Both the position numbers and the translations under genes were made by a program. This document shows positions 38,101 through 49,996 of a stretch of DNA of 64,000 nucleotides, in pieces. Every line of letters starts with the position of its first letter. Position 1 is the stretch's first letter. The notes below the pieces were generated by a model. The model saw nothing but the letters and a program-made list of their open reading frames with translations, did no database searches and was not told the origin of the DNA. This DNA comes from Tubiluchus corallicola (taxonomy: Eukaryota > Animalia > Priapulida): the NCBI GenBank assembly GCA_030141605.1, contig JAQGDQ010000157.1:1-64000 (forward strand), read 5' to 3'.

Positions 38101-40099
38101 TTATTTTGTGTCTATCCATGTCACTAAAATATTCCTTAGCCTCTTTTGCTGTGGAAGTTCCAAGACCTTTGTAGTACTTTACCTTCCAAGATTGCCAATT
38201 GTCAGTGTCTCTCTTCCATTCATCAAACTCAGGCAAGCTATAAAAGCTCTTCTGCTGATTACCTTTTGTAACCTTCACAATAGGTGTGATGAATTCCTCT
38301 AAAAATGGAAGGTGCAAAAGTTGAGGCCAATTATGATGAATAAAATTAACCAACAAACCCTTAATGTGTGATCCATCCACATCCTGATCTGTCATAATCA
38401 TCATTTTTCCATATCGAAGTGACCTCAGATCATCTATAGAGTTGTAACTCTTTTTATACTGAAGTCCCACTATCTTTATGACATTGTTAATTTCAGCATT
38501 CTCCATAATCTGCTTGTGCGTAGCTTCACGAACGTTCAACACTTTACCTCTGAGTGGAAACACGCCATATCGATCACGACCTACAACGCCCAGACCAGAA
38601 ACGGCCAACGTTTTTGCCGAATCTCCTTCTGTCAAAATGAGTGTGCAATTAATCGAGTTTTTTCCCCCAGCATCATTTGCATCATCAAGCTTTGGGATGC
38701 CACGTAGTTTGGATCGCTTTGATGCATGACACTTTTGATTCAACTGAGTTTGTGCCTTGAACCTGACCCATTGCATTATGCTCTCAACAATGCCAACTTT
38801 CATTGTCGAGTTAATAAATTTCTCCGGAAGCTGACACTTAGAACCAAACGACTTTGCTTGTAAAGTCATATTCTCTTTCGTCTGCGAATCAAAAGTGGGG
38901 TTTTCAATTAAGCAGTTGATAAATACCCAAATGTGGTTCTTTACTTGGAAGGGTCTGACTTGCACACCACCTTTGTTTTTCTTTTTTACAGTTTCAACTA
39001 ATTTGCCTACAAGCTGGTCAGTAACGTAGTCAACATGCCTACCTCCCTTAGTTGTAGCTATACTATTTGCAAAACTCACTTGTTGAAATCCTTTGTCGCT
39101 CATCGTCACCGCAACTTCCCAGCGATCATTAACTTTTTCATAAACTAGTTTCAGATCATTGCCATCCTCATACGTTTTACCTCGAGTATAAAGATTTGCA
39201 TAATCCTGGAAATTTTTAATGGGCAACTTTGTCCCATTTAACATGACTTTTACACCTTGAGTAGATGCCACAATATCATATGCCCTTCTCTTAAATATGG
39301 CACATATATCCTCATCTAAATGTTCCATTTTAAACTTTTTGAGATCAGGATAGAAAGTAATCTCAGTGTAGTCAGGTCCATCATATGGTTTAATATCATG
39401 TGCACCAGCTTTCAGCATATTATCAGTCCATGTCTGTTTAAACTTCTTGCCATACTCTTTGCAAGCTGTAACACATGTAAACTTAGTGCTGAAGATATTG
39501 CACAATTTGGCTCCATAGCCATTTCTGCCTCCAGTAACTTTCCGCTCCTCGTCGTTGTAGTTGCTTGATGTAAGCAAATGTCCAAATATCAGCTCAGGAA
39601 CATAAATCTTTTCAACTTGATGTTCAACAATTGGAATACCTTTGCCGTTATTCCAAATGCTGATCTTGTTATTGTCTGGATCTATTGTTATTTTTATGAG
39701 GGTCATAGACTTGTCGCGCTGTTTGTTGTCAGCTGCATTCACAAGTATTTCATCAAATATCTTGAACAGCCCGGGAACATAGGTTAATTCTTTCTGCACC
39801 ATACCTCCTTTTCCTTCGTTAGCCTCTTCATCAAATACCCACATCTGTTGTGTAACCTTCTCCACGGAACCAATGTAAGTATCAGGCCGCAAAAGAATAT
39901 GTTCCAATTGCGTCTTTTTTTGATAAATTCGTTCTACGGACAGTCTCTTTTTGCTCTTTGGTGGAACAGCCCCATCAGCTGTATCTCCTCTGGCAAAGTT
40001 TGGTTCTGACGAGTGTGCATTAGCATTAGTTTTCTTTGCCTGATTAGCAAACATTGTTAAGAGTGTATTCCCACTCTCTGCTGCTTTTTCTCCTGGCAT
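35165..40099 (-). CDS. TOP2: DNA topoisomerase II (type IIA, eukaryotic), ~1644 aa, single coding exon
   Basis: Motifs YQKKTQLEHILLRPDTYIGS, GGRNGYGAKL (GHKL ATPase), EGDSA / PLRGK / IMTDQDVDGSHIKG (TOPRIM), YKGLGTS, catalytic ASPRYIFT, and a charged CTD ending DDDLF. Likely ATG at 40099, just inside acceptor ttttttacag| (exon start 40118). The first residues of the track ORF are probably intronic. Confidence 0.98.
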   Translation of the reverse strand: MPGEKAAESGNTLLTMFANQAKKTNANAHSSEPNFARGDTADGAVPPKSKKRLSVERIYQKKTQLEHILLRPDTYIGSVEKVTQQMWVFDEEANEGKGGMVQKELTYVPGLFKIFDEILVNAADNKQRDKSMTLIKITIDPDNNKISIWNNGKGIPIVEHQVEKIYVPELIFGHLLTSSNYNDEERKVTGGRNGYGAKLCNIFSTKFTCVTACKEYGKKFKQTWTDNMLKAGAHDIKPYDGPDYTEITFYPDLKKFKMEHLDEDICAIFKRRAYDIVASTQGVKVMLNGTKLPIKNFQDYANLYTRGKTYEDGNDLKLVYEKVNDRWEVAVTMSDKGFQQVSFANSIATTKGGRHVDYVTDQLVGKLVETVKKKNKGGVQVRPFQVKNHIWVFINCLIENPTFDSQTKENMTLQAKSFGSKCQLPEKFINSTMKVGIVESIMQWVRFKAQTQLNQKCHASKRSKLRGIPKLDDANDAGGKNSINCTLILTEGDSAKTLAVSGLGVVGRDRYGVFPLRGKVLNVREATHKQIMENAEINNVIKIVGLQYKKSYNSIDDLRSLRYGKMMIMTDQDVDGSHIKGLLVNFIHHNWPQLLHLPFLEEFITPIVKVTKGNQQKSFYSLPEFDEWKRDTDNWQSWKVKYYKGLGTSTAKEAKEYFSDMDRHKIKFKYSGPDDDQAVLLAFGKKKADDRKEWLTNGLQDRKERREMGLSDVYLYGKDTRAITYSEFVNKELIQFSIYDNERSIPSLVDGLKPGQRKVLFTCLKRNDKREVKVAQLAGSVAELSAYHHGEQSLNMTIVNLAQNFIGSNNVNLLQPIGQFGTRLHGGKDCASPRYIFTMLSPLAKLLFVASDEPGLRHLYDDNQKIEPEWYCPVIPMLLVNGAEGIGTGWSCKVQNYDPRQIIRNLRKMIAGQEPELMTPFFKNFTGTIQQISDDRFVVSGEVAVLDNCTVEITELPVRTWTQNYKESVLEPMLLGTDKVQPTILDYKEYHTDTTVRFVIKMSEAKIMEAEAQGLHKFFKLQTTLSTGNMVLFDHNGCIKKYSSPQEILQEFYTLRLDRYRIRKEHLDGCLTAESLRLDNQARFILEKIERKVVVENVKKKDLIQVLVNRGYDSDPVKAWKAAQRQKEAADNPDSQEDSDTEEAITKDGPDYDYLVGMPMWNLTKEKKEELLKKKADKAVELDVLRAKTPKDLWKEDLDKFSEELDKVEANEREEEQSCIVQSTKTGKGRVAKVKKFAREETKPSTIGRRVEPNIEEYMKNVEKAKKAKEAKERREVKKENGEMDIFDEEEDAPKPLAERLSLSNEKQPGAKPKTKDGMKQTKLLFKPIKKSKKEESDKSDDETPFIPRDKPSRRAAATVKYTFSDDEDAKSEEKADLTSDDQGPDFGDEMSDYAPDESDEDFMPSHPKTSRSPKKSPQKKSIKLKQVAAGGNVPDSKQTSSAQNLESYDSEVQDNYTKSFEYSDSPKAKDQKKKVIKAKIDHDGKKKKVDDGKKALKDKKQSSAVSADSKPKKTKAVDSDMEIIDSDDEPPRAAPTKKHKFQFSDDEDEPVPKATKSAPSKVKKVKKRPAIAADSESEDEFVLKKKPKAQKKKKKASDSDDDEDDSIGAGFSEIPVEPRERKGRAKQQVKYNFSSDDDDDDLF

Positions 40100-41189
40100 C
40101 TTCACAAGTATGTAAATACTGTAAAAAACAATAAAGTCATTAAGGTTTGACTGAAAGGGAAAAAGTAAATACTTCAAAAATAAATACCAATTAGTATAAT
40201 GCACAATACAGATATATAACACAGCATAAATGACTAGCCATACTAAAAAAATCTAATCTGCAAAGTTCCATATCAAATTTATGTGCTATATACACCTAAC
40301 GTTTTGCAATGTTGTTTATAAAATCTCAGAAATTTTGTCCCCTAGTTCTTTTAGTGCTGATTTATCCTGTAGATTTTCGGTTGATGCTAACATTTCATAA
40401 TTTGTTGTTGATTTTTCGACGTGATTTAAGTACTTTGCTAACCTTGAGACAATGACAAAAAATGCCTCTTCAAAACCCAATTTGACAGGAAATACTAAAT
40501 ACTACACTGATAAAATGGAATGACATACATCCCTGGATTAACCAATAAGCAAAACAAACACCTGTGTCATAATATATTACCAAATGTGGTTATGCTTATA
40601 AAAATGTGATGACACTGAAAACAGGATAATGCTGCTTGTGACTATAAGCATTTCATGGTGATGATAATGAATACACAACTGTGTAGACTGCAAATAAATT
40701 CCACTGCAAGTTTTTTTCATTTCCAAAGATAAAATTTCATTTTGCAATTTAGTATTGTTTTTATTCCGAATTTCACATATTATGGGGGTACCAACATTTT
40801 TTCAGTGCTTCGGGCCTCTTGAGGTCCTAATCCGGCCCTGGCAACATAGCCTACATCACTATAGTGCACTGGATAATACCAGGCTTTCAAATAAAGTGGA
40901 GACAGACAGTGCTATGGCAACCAACTTGGCCTCTTTTTGATTTTTTACATTCAGGTTTCAGCATTAACACTTTTATGTGCACCTACATTTACCAATACAT
41001 GGTTACTACTTCTATTGGGTTTCTGCAAATTTACTTATGATTTTTAATACGTTTTGTGAGCTCAGAAATAATGTGTGACTACACAAATATGCAACTTATT
41101 TGTACATAGCACTGGTTGAGGCTATTATTCAAACACACTGTCTTGTCAATTCTTTCAAATTCATACATTCAAATTTGGCAGTGTATATA

Positions 41190-42200
41190 CAGTAGGCGCC
41201 GCTTATTAGACTCACGGTTAATAGACTCAATCGCTTAATTGACTTAAAAAGACCTGGTACGGGCCACCTCTATTCAAATGCCCATAAAAATTGTCGGTAA
41301 TTGACTCAAATAACTCCGCATAATTGAGTCAATATTTTTGCTTCACGTGCTTCAATAAGACACTTTCGTGTGACTAATAAGCTTTCGTGCTTTTACATCA
41401 TCTCAGTTGGCTTTTGTCCTATAATATACATAGAAACAATCATGTTAAGTACCATTTTGTTTGTAAGCAGGAACGTTGATCATACGCTAATACGCTAGCC
41501 TAATGGTTTCCCCTGACCCGCCTGTCCACTGCTATTAACCTCATTACCCAAGAATTCCTGCAAGTTAAACATTTTATCACTTGCTTGCTTTTGAAGCTCT
41601 GCCTGTCTTTGCCAGAAAGTGTAATCAGATGTTGCTGTTATGCCAGCGATGCAGGTACAGTACAGTAAGTACATCACAATAGCAAGCGGGAACTTAGGCG
41701 AAACTACAGACAAAGCTACTTGCGGGGGAAACACGGGCACCACCATAAGTTTAAGCACGCCAAGTACTAAGTATTTTATGAGAATTTGTTCATTCGTACA
41801 GATTTTCAACGTTTTTATCATTATGAGAGCTTTGTGAGCCAATTTCTTCGCGATAAAATGAAGCAGCCGACTTTGAAGGAATTTTTGTAACTTTTGCAAA
41901 AAAAACAAACTTACAAGTGTAATTTAGAAAAGTATACTTTTTAATTTGAATTGAAAAATTTATTGCTAATTCATTTATATAAATTAATATTTTAAAATAT
42001 TTCTTTTAATTTTTAACTGTACAAAGGTGTTTAGGCATTACTTTGTTTCTAAAATAGATTAAAAACATTTACAGTGCATACTAAGCTGGTGACTCATACT
42101 TCTATACCATAATACTACACCCATCAGTTAATAGATTCAATCGGTTAATTGGGTCAAAACACTTCGGTCCCAAAGTGAGTCTATCAAGTGGTGCCTACTG
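41190..42200. mobile_element. pogo/Tigger-like non-autonomous element
   Basis: TA|CAGTAGGCGCCGCTTATTAGACTCAC ... GTGAGTCTATCAAGTGGTGCCTACTG|TA. Confidence 0.88.
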
Positions 42201-42907
42201 TATACAAATACACTGGACATAGGCCAAAGAAAATTTATGTTTGTTTGGCCAATATTTGTTTGTATGGCCAATATATCAAAAAAAATAGTTTATAGGTGGT
42301 CATTTTTTAATTTGAATGTTTTCCAAGCTTGAATAAAAGACCTGTTAAAAAGAAATATAAAATTTGGGTGCATTTTCCATAGTCTACTATTATTCGGCAC
42401 AGAACACCCACTGAGTATCACAACCACAAATCCATTATAGTTAGTTATTGCAAAGGCTAATTTTACAACTTGCTTTTCTGGTATATTTTTACTTTATTCC
42501 TACAACACCAAACAACAATACGATATAACAAAACACGATATGGTATGATATCATATATATATATATATACATAGGATTATATAATTAATACTTTAATTAT
42601 ATGATATGATATCTACATAAATTATTGTTTGCACTATAGTCAGAAGCATCTCCTGTGTAACTATAATGCAATTAATGGCGCAAGTATTAGGATGCAAAAG
42701 AGGAAAGGTAAAAAAATGATGGAATGATAGCGCAGAATGCAGCAGATGGGAATTAGTAGGATTAGGTTAGTGAAATGATGTGAATGATAGTGAATATGAG
42801 ATTGCTATTTGGAACATCACAAATATATATACAGTTAGGTACAGAAGTACACTATGGGCCAGTCTGTCGTCAGATATTGGGAACGTACGTCAAATGTTGC
42901 GCAACAT

Positions 42908-43030
42908 TTAATATGAGTTTAAGAGTGAAGTTTTCAAACTTTTTTTGAATCTTGTTAACGATGAAATTGACTTAATATTTACAGGTACTCTGTTCCATAT
43001 GACCGAACCAACAAATGAGATTAAATGTTT
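42908..43030 (-). mobile_element. CR1/L2-group LINE 3' remnant
   Basis: SFVGSVIWNRVPVNIKSISSLTRFKKSLK matches the G..LWN.LP..I....S...FK..LK terminal motif. Confidence 0.65.
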
Positions 43031-44109
43031 TATCAAAAAGCTAAGTTCTAATACCATCAGAGAATAGATGAGTGTGTAAAATATGTATGACAGAGAAAGT
43101 AAGAAAGGATATTTTACCTTCACACATGCATCAACTTTTTCATAAGAAAAACAATGTTCAATTGTACCACCCTAGCTTACCCACTCTTGTAATTAGAATT
43201 TTTTGTAATGGCTAGCCTGAAAATAGCAAGAGCCAAATGGCTTTGCTGAGCTGATTATTTTACAGGATCTGCAAAATTTTACACACAGGTTTGACAACCA
43301 AGCTAGAACAAATGCTGAATACATTCCTCATTTGTCATCTAGTGCAAGACTTCTTCACGGCCTACTATAACAGCTAGTAGCACACAAATGTTCAAGTTTA
43401 GCATAGCACTACTATTACTATTAGTATTAGTACTAAAAATTTGAACTGTGTAAATATAGACAGACATTTTTTTATTTATCTCCTAAATTACACCAGAATT
43501 ACAAGGCATACAATAAGTGCTACAATTAATTAAAAATTGTAATAAAATGTACATAAGGAAAGTATACTATAAGGCCTAAGGGGGGAAGGAGAATGACTAG
43601 CGAAGGACCAATAGGTCATCAAAATCAGCGAAAAAGCAGGACAATAAGAAGACATAAATAAATGACAGTGAAAATCACAAGACACTAAGCATAAAATTAC
43701 TATCAAGCCTAGAAGCTAAACCACCAGCACTGTACTCATGTACTGCACGGATCGCAGAAGACGCCATTCAGCAAAAAATAACTGCATTCATAGTACGATA
43801 CCTGACAACTGTCAAAGAAATCTTACAGGAGAATCATACATGCAGTGACTTCACACTTTGTTCATTAAAAATAGTACATATAATCAAAACATGTAGAAAA
43901 ATTACACAAAATCTTTATACTTAAAGAATACATTCAAAGAAAAACCGTTACACAAAACGGCGCTAGACGCTCTATATGAATGAAAAATCGGCAATCTTCA
44001 TATACAAAACGTTCTTCTTGCGAGTCGGACTTACGATCTGTGTAATGCACTAACGACGACAATTTTCATGATTTTCATGGACCATAGCTTTGCTCAAAGC
44101 TGGTAGCGA

Positions 44110-45090
44110 AGAAGAATGATTAATTCTTTATTTGACATGGATAACACTTTAGCCAACAATTACAAAACTAAGAGTTCTTTACGAAGTGGTCCACCAAATT
44201 AATAAAGACAAAAGCATTACAAAAATGCTCCACGCTGGGAGCATTAAAAATACTGGAACATAAGATCTGATTTAGACATTACTCAATTACACAATTTAAA
44301 AACAACTTAAGTATCCCAATTTATATAGAATGGATAAAAGAAAATAATACAAATTATACACAATGTAAACAGAGATAAACAGAATCTGCACATTTTAGTG
44401 AAACACCTGCAGTAAAAGATAATAACCATTTTTTTTTAATCGTGACTTAAAAGCATTGATGCTATTGGCGTCGGTCACTTCTGGCAGTCAAGAGTTCCAC
44501 AGTTGAGCTCCAGAAAAAGCTAAAGTACGCTAATTTTATAAATATCTAACTTTGGTTTTGGCAAGTAGAGTCCGTGAGACTTAGTTGCTCATGTGACCCT
44601 GCTGTGAATGCCTAAAACATATGTAAATGATTCTCTCAGGTAATCAGGCATATGATTATTCAAGATTTTGTACATCATCACACCTTTGTGATATTTAATT
44701 CTGTCTGTTAAATGAAGCCATTTGAGTGTAGCGAGCAAATCACTCGTGGGCATTTCCATGCTTCGGTTGAGTATGAGCTGCAAGCCATTTTTGGATCCTG
44801 AAAACTCTAAGTAACGTTTGTTTGTCACAGTTGCCCCAAATACTGCAGCAAAACTCAGGATGTGGCTGCACATAACTGCTAGAAAATAGTATCTTTGTGC
44901 TGCTGGGAAGATATTGTCTTAGTCTTCGAAGGACTGCTAAACTTGCTAAAGCTCTTCTCTGTATTTCAGAAACATTTGCTCCCCAGGATAAAGTATTGTC
45001 TATAATTAACCCTAACACTTTTTCTTGCTGGCAGTTACTAATTGAATCTCCCCCTCGATGGTAACATTTATGTCATCAGTACAACAGGCA
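44110..45090 (-). mobile_element. 5'-truncated CR1/L2-group (Crack-like) LINE
   Basis: Frameshifted ORFs LGLIIDNTLSW...LRRLRQYLP...QPHPEFCCSIWG and LKWLHLTDRIKYHKGVMMYKILNNHMPDYL, followed by a 3' UTR with AATAAA near 44130. Confidence 0.85.
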
Positions 45091-46582
45091 TGGAACTGTT
45101 ATAAAATAGTATTTTCGTGGCATTCTTTGCTAAGCGACATTACTACAACAAACATTTCAGAGCATTTCTCATAGGTCTCTATCATTTGCTTTAAGGTCAA
45201 ACATAAGCACTATTAAAAATTTTTCATTCATTTAATCAGCATCATTATTTCAGTGCACCTCTCTCTTTGAGAAGACTCTATCGTCTTAAAGTGGGTCATG
45301 TTAACTCTGTCATGTTATTTTCAATTTAGTTTTAGTTATTAACTTTTTGTTGAATTCTAGATTGAATAATAATTGAATTACTTTCATCTTATATGCTTTT
45401 CCATTGCACTTTGTGTTTCAATTTTTTGTCAAAAAAATGAAAACGTCAATTTATAATTATATTTTGTTATAACGCCTTTATTTATTTCCAATACCAACAC
45501 CATTGTTTTATTAAATTTACTGTTTTTTATTGATGACGTCATATCAATATCATAATCATAATATAAATTCAAAATTTGCTTTAATTAAATGATAGCAAAA
45601 TTAAATGTAAGAAATTATACCGTATTAACTTTCTTTATTCCTATTCTGCATAGCGTAATGATGAAGATAAAAGGAATCATTGAGATTTCCCGTTCTCGGA
45701 CCAAAATAATAAGTATTGACCAATCCTTTGCGGTGATTAGTATTATAATTACGGTATTGTTCACAATGTTCACAACTTCAAATAGTAGTATTCTTATGTA
45801 TGCGTATGGTTTTATCTGATGTGGCAGTTGTCACGCCCACATTAGCAGAAAATTCTATCTTTGCAAAAGCATATTAGAGGCTTCGATATTAGAGGCAAAT
45901 AGAAACAACTACATTTTTCTTCCTGTGCTGATAATTTATAAACTTTGTACGGTACATAATCTTATCTAATCTAAACTTCGACTCTATTATGTCACAGAGC
46001 TGTTGCAACTAAATGTGTAATGAAAGACAAGTAAACAGCAATTGTTGATTTGTGGAAAAGAAGAAACTTATGTGCACAAAGTGAACAAAATACATGTTTT
46101 TGATCTTGCAAACTGGCACTTTTTGTTGATGTCAATTTGCTCGCCGTTTTGGTGAAGAGGATCGTATGTATCCACGGAAACCACGATAAAAGATTTTGCA
46201 TATTGTTTCTTGTCAAAGTTTGTAAAAATTCTACGCAATTTTAGGGTTCTTAAAATAAAAAACTTAGTTCCAAATCTTATTAATCTTTTTCAGATCTGCG
46301 ATTACTGTGGTTACTCGGTGACCTGTTTACCCTTTCCAGTCGGTCGTTTTTGGTGCAAGCCTTTTCATTATCAACGCAGGTTGGCAAACCTATAATTTAT
46401 TAATCTGTATTATAGCTTAAGCTTAATTTGTTAAGCTTGTGATTATAGCTTGCTTTAACTCCATTCTATAATTTTGTCTTTCTTACTTTTATCAGTTTTG
46501 ATATCAGTTAATTTAACCAAACTCAACCAACTTATCTGTGTTGTCACTATGAAGCATGAACCAGCTAACATTACATCATTCA

Positions 46583-47262
46583 GGCGCTATTACACTTTCG
46601 CACCGCCTAGCTTTTCCTAGGTTATTACTCGTTTCTAGGCCCGTAGGTCGTCATTCTATTATTCTTACGTCATCAGTAAATGTTTCCGCTAATCTAATTG
46701 TAATTTAATCATTTATTTAGGTATACTTACCAATAATTACGCTGTATTCACAGTTCTACACAGTATCGCCATCTTGTTTGTGTGTGTAGTCACGTGACGA
46801 ATTTCGTACTAGTTTATGCATTATCAGGGTCTAGCTTAAAAGGCACGTGACACACTTTCATCTTAATTGCATTTACGAAATAAAGAAAAAACCTTTACTT
46901 TTATAATCTAATATGTGGGAACACTGTAATATCATACAAACTCCCGTGGCTGCAACCATAATAATCATAAATTATGCAAAAAAACTAAAAATACAGGTTA
47001 AGGGCTACTACGTCACTGCGCGAAAGCGATTGCGCATTAGTGGTGTAAACACGGTTATTCACGTGCAGCCTTTTGCGTAGTGGCGGCGATAAGTAATGTA
47101 TGATTTTAATCTGATTTTCATCTGGAATTATAAAGCGTAAAAAGCACTAATATTATGGGAATATGGTGTATATTACCCCTGTTGGTCTGCTTTCTGGCCT
47201 GCAGGCGTGAAAAGAACCAATAGGCCAGGAAAAGCTAGGCGGTGCGAAAGTGTAATAGCGCC
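46583..47262. mobile_element. Young non-autonomous DNA transposon with a 9-bp TSD (Mutator- or Merlin-like)
   Basis: Perfect 36-bp TIR GGCGCTATTACACTTTCGCACCGCCTAGCTTTTCCT. Perfect TSD CATCATTCA at 46574-46582 and 47263-47271. Confidence 0.93.
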
Positions 47263-47999
47263 CATCATTCATCCATCCGTTCTGTGCCTAAATCTTTTTG
47301 ATATCAGGGCGAGTAGCGGCATGTATTGTACTACTAGGCTATTTTCTTCTCAAAAATACTAAGGCTCGTGTATGCTTACACTACAATACAGCAACACATT
47401 ATTTTGACTTATAAATGCTATATACCATTACACAGAGCCTGTATGTAGTAACCATTGCATAAAGTGCATGTCAAACTGAATGACCAACGTCAGCATTTTT
47501 GGACCATCTAGGGTCACCCAAAGGCTATCTAAAGGGAATGTCGCTAACAATTGTATAATAATTATAGCAAATTGAAGCTAACGGCGCAGGGAACTATAAG
47601 CTTAGAAACTCGGTACTAGAATCATAATTTTACGGATCCGCTGTGGGCCTGATTTAGGAAGATGCTAAATGCAAAGTTTATAGCAAAACCAAAGAGAGAG
47701 CACATCATAATGTAACAATCCAGGGCATTATAATTAATGTCCCTGTGTGAAGGCACTATCAGAGTTTCTGACGCTAATGCATTTGTATACTAGCAGGATG
47801 TCATGGCAATGTGATAACATGTGACCCCAATAGGCCCATGTGCCTTTGTGTTTGAGCAATTATTCTACCACATGTCATACAAGTTTGTTGTAGTTATTGC
47901 AAATTTTTCTTCAGGGGACCTACACCGTCATTGACAATCCGGTTACCTTTCCAAATCACAGCCGTCTCAAGCGTTCTTCATCAGTTACTCCTTGCCCAG

Positions 48000-48720
48000 A
48001 GACTTTGTTTCTTATCTATGTGTAAAATTCACAACTTAATATTATGTGCTTTGCAGTTTCAGTATCTTTACCATATTTACAGAGTCTTTTTTTCTATGCA
48101 GTAATCTACTTTCCGAACATACAGATGATTTCCCAACACTTCTAATACACCTACCCTGGCTTTGACAAGAATCCTCCACCCCACGTGTCATTCATCCAGG
48201 CTTCAAACTATATACTGCTTGCTTTTGCAATCACTATATCTTTCTACTGTAGAACATTTACTTAATTTTTCATTCCACATTGTTGATCCCATTTCGGCTA
48301 TAACTTTTTCTATATGCGCGTCCCATGCTTTTTCCCCTCAATTGTTTATCATAAATTTTATTCAGACCTATTTCATTTAGTTCCCCCAATGCCATAATAT
48401 TGCCAAACACTGAGAGCCCAAATTTATCTCCCAAATGGCTGATTCTTTGCAGCCATTTTGATCAAAATCTGTGTATTACTACCATGTTATCACTTTTTTC
48501 AACATCCGATCCTCAGTCATAAATATGCTTCTTTTAAATAATTTTAGGCGAGCCTTTGCTTCTCATTTTTCAAAAGATTAAAATGCAGCTTCACATCTAT
48601 TAACAGTGCCACGGCATCCTTTTACTTTCCAGAGCCATCTTACAAATTCTTCTTGTATGCTATTATACCAATCGACTTCTTTTTGGCTATATGTTCTGCC
48701 TACACAACCGAACATTATTG
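48000..48720 (-). mobile_element. Heavily decayed LINE ORF2 fragment
   Basis: Manual translation patches EAKARLKLFKRSIFMTEDRMLKKVITW and RILVKARVGVL resemble LINE C-terminal motifs. Confidence 0.45.
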
Positions 48721-49820
48721 TATCCTGTTGTTATCACGTTTTATCTAGAATTACTATAACAGTAGAATGACTAGATCTATTTGAAGTTTTTTTCGGTACA
48801 TTCCAAACAAAACTATAATCACTGATTTCAGTATTTTTATTGGACATCTTTTTCGTGGCAAACCACTGATACAGCATTTATGGACGTGCACCAGTAAAGT
48901 AACAACTGGAACTAAACTTTAGCGTCTTTTTATTAATGGGAGCAGCGCTCCAATTTGCTCCCCCCTCAGCCAAAGGCAGAAAATCTTACAAATGTCCCAA
49001 AGACTAAAAGTAGGTGCCCCAGTAATAGACCTAACCGTGAGACAATTTAAGAAGCATCTAAGATCGAGGTAATTGCCAGAAAGGTAGTGCCGCAGGCCCC
49101 CATAAAGATTTGAAAAGTTGGACTTCTAAAATGTTAATTTTATTGAATTTTTACAACTGATTTTTTATCGGTCAGCAGTTTTAGGAATCCTAAATGCTAA
49201 AACAACTTGACAAACTGTTTGATTTTTATTTATTACTTTGTAACATGTGTGAGTTGTAGTTTGCATCGTAAGCCAACAGAAAAGCCAAACATACCATCAA
49301 TACTTTAGGTTTAAAAGTTGCTTGTGTATTTTATGGTTCACTTTTACCATTTCACAAGTTTATATGCAGCAAATTATACAACGAGCCTAATGCAAATTAA
49401 ACACAATTTTCAACCACTTTGGCTGCTAGCAGTGCCTGTGACAAGTCTGACTGCTCACTGCACTGATTGTCGGGTATTCAGGTATCTACAATTCACTCCA
49501 CAGCTGCAGCTTAAATCACTTCAATCCACGTGATTTTGTTTGGCGCACTCGCTGTTTCTATCATTTTGCTAGAACAATTTGAAAACAATGATTCTGCGAA
49601 ATATCTTACCCATCTAAGAACTCTTATGTCTTTTGTTGCTTAACTACTGAAAGAAGTATTTTTGAACGTCAGAAAGTAAATAAACTGTAAATTTTTTAAG
49701 ACATTAACACATGACTTGTACTGGCTGGTGACTAGGTGACAACGCCAGTTATAGGGGTAACTATAATAGGATAATATGAAGCAAACCACAAACCAATGAG
49801 CCGCAAGATAACACTTTTAA

Positions 49821-49996
49821 AGGTCCACTGACACCCTCGTAGACACTTGCTGTCAAAATTCACTACTGACTAGCCAGATACAAAAAAGCGGCTTTATTTT
49901 TTTATAAACTTGCACATTTCGGTTTAGTTAGCATTGAAACACTTCAAATTTAGCACCGCACAGGAAATAACCCCAAAAAATAGTGTCAGAGGACCT
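49821..49996. mobile_element. Kolobok-like MITE, family C (176 bp)
   Basis: TTAA|AGGTCCACTGACAC ... GTGTCAGAGGACCT|TGAA (TIR 13/14). Confidence 0.75.

Noticed and set aside
35202-39787. Plus-strand ORFs overlapping TOP2
   Set aside because: Antisense shadows of the lysine/acidic-rich coding strand.
40100-40222. First 41 aa of the 1685-aa track ORF
   Set aside because: Starts at a non-ATG codon and mostly spans a polypyrimidine tract and acceptor (AG at 40120-40119), so bases 40119-40222 are most likely intronic.
41495-41908. 137-aa ORF as a transposase or host gene
   Set aside because: It lies inside the pogo-like MITE and shows no DDE or HTH motif that I recognise.
45290-46566. Possible further TTAA element (agtgggtcatg / catgaaccagct)
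   Set aside because: The TIR match is short and imperfect, and the right TSD is absent.
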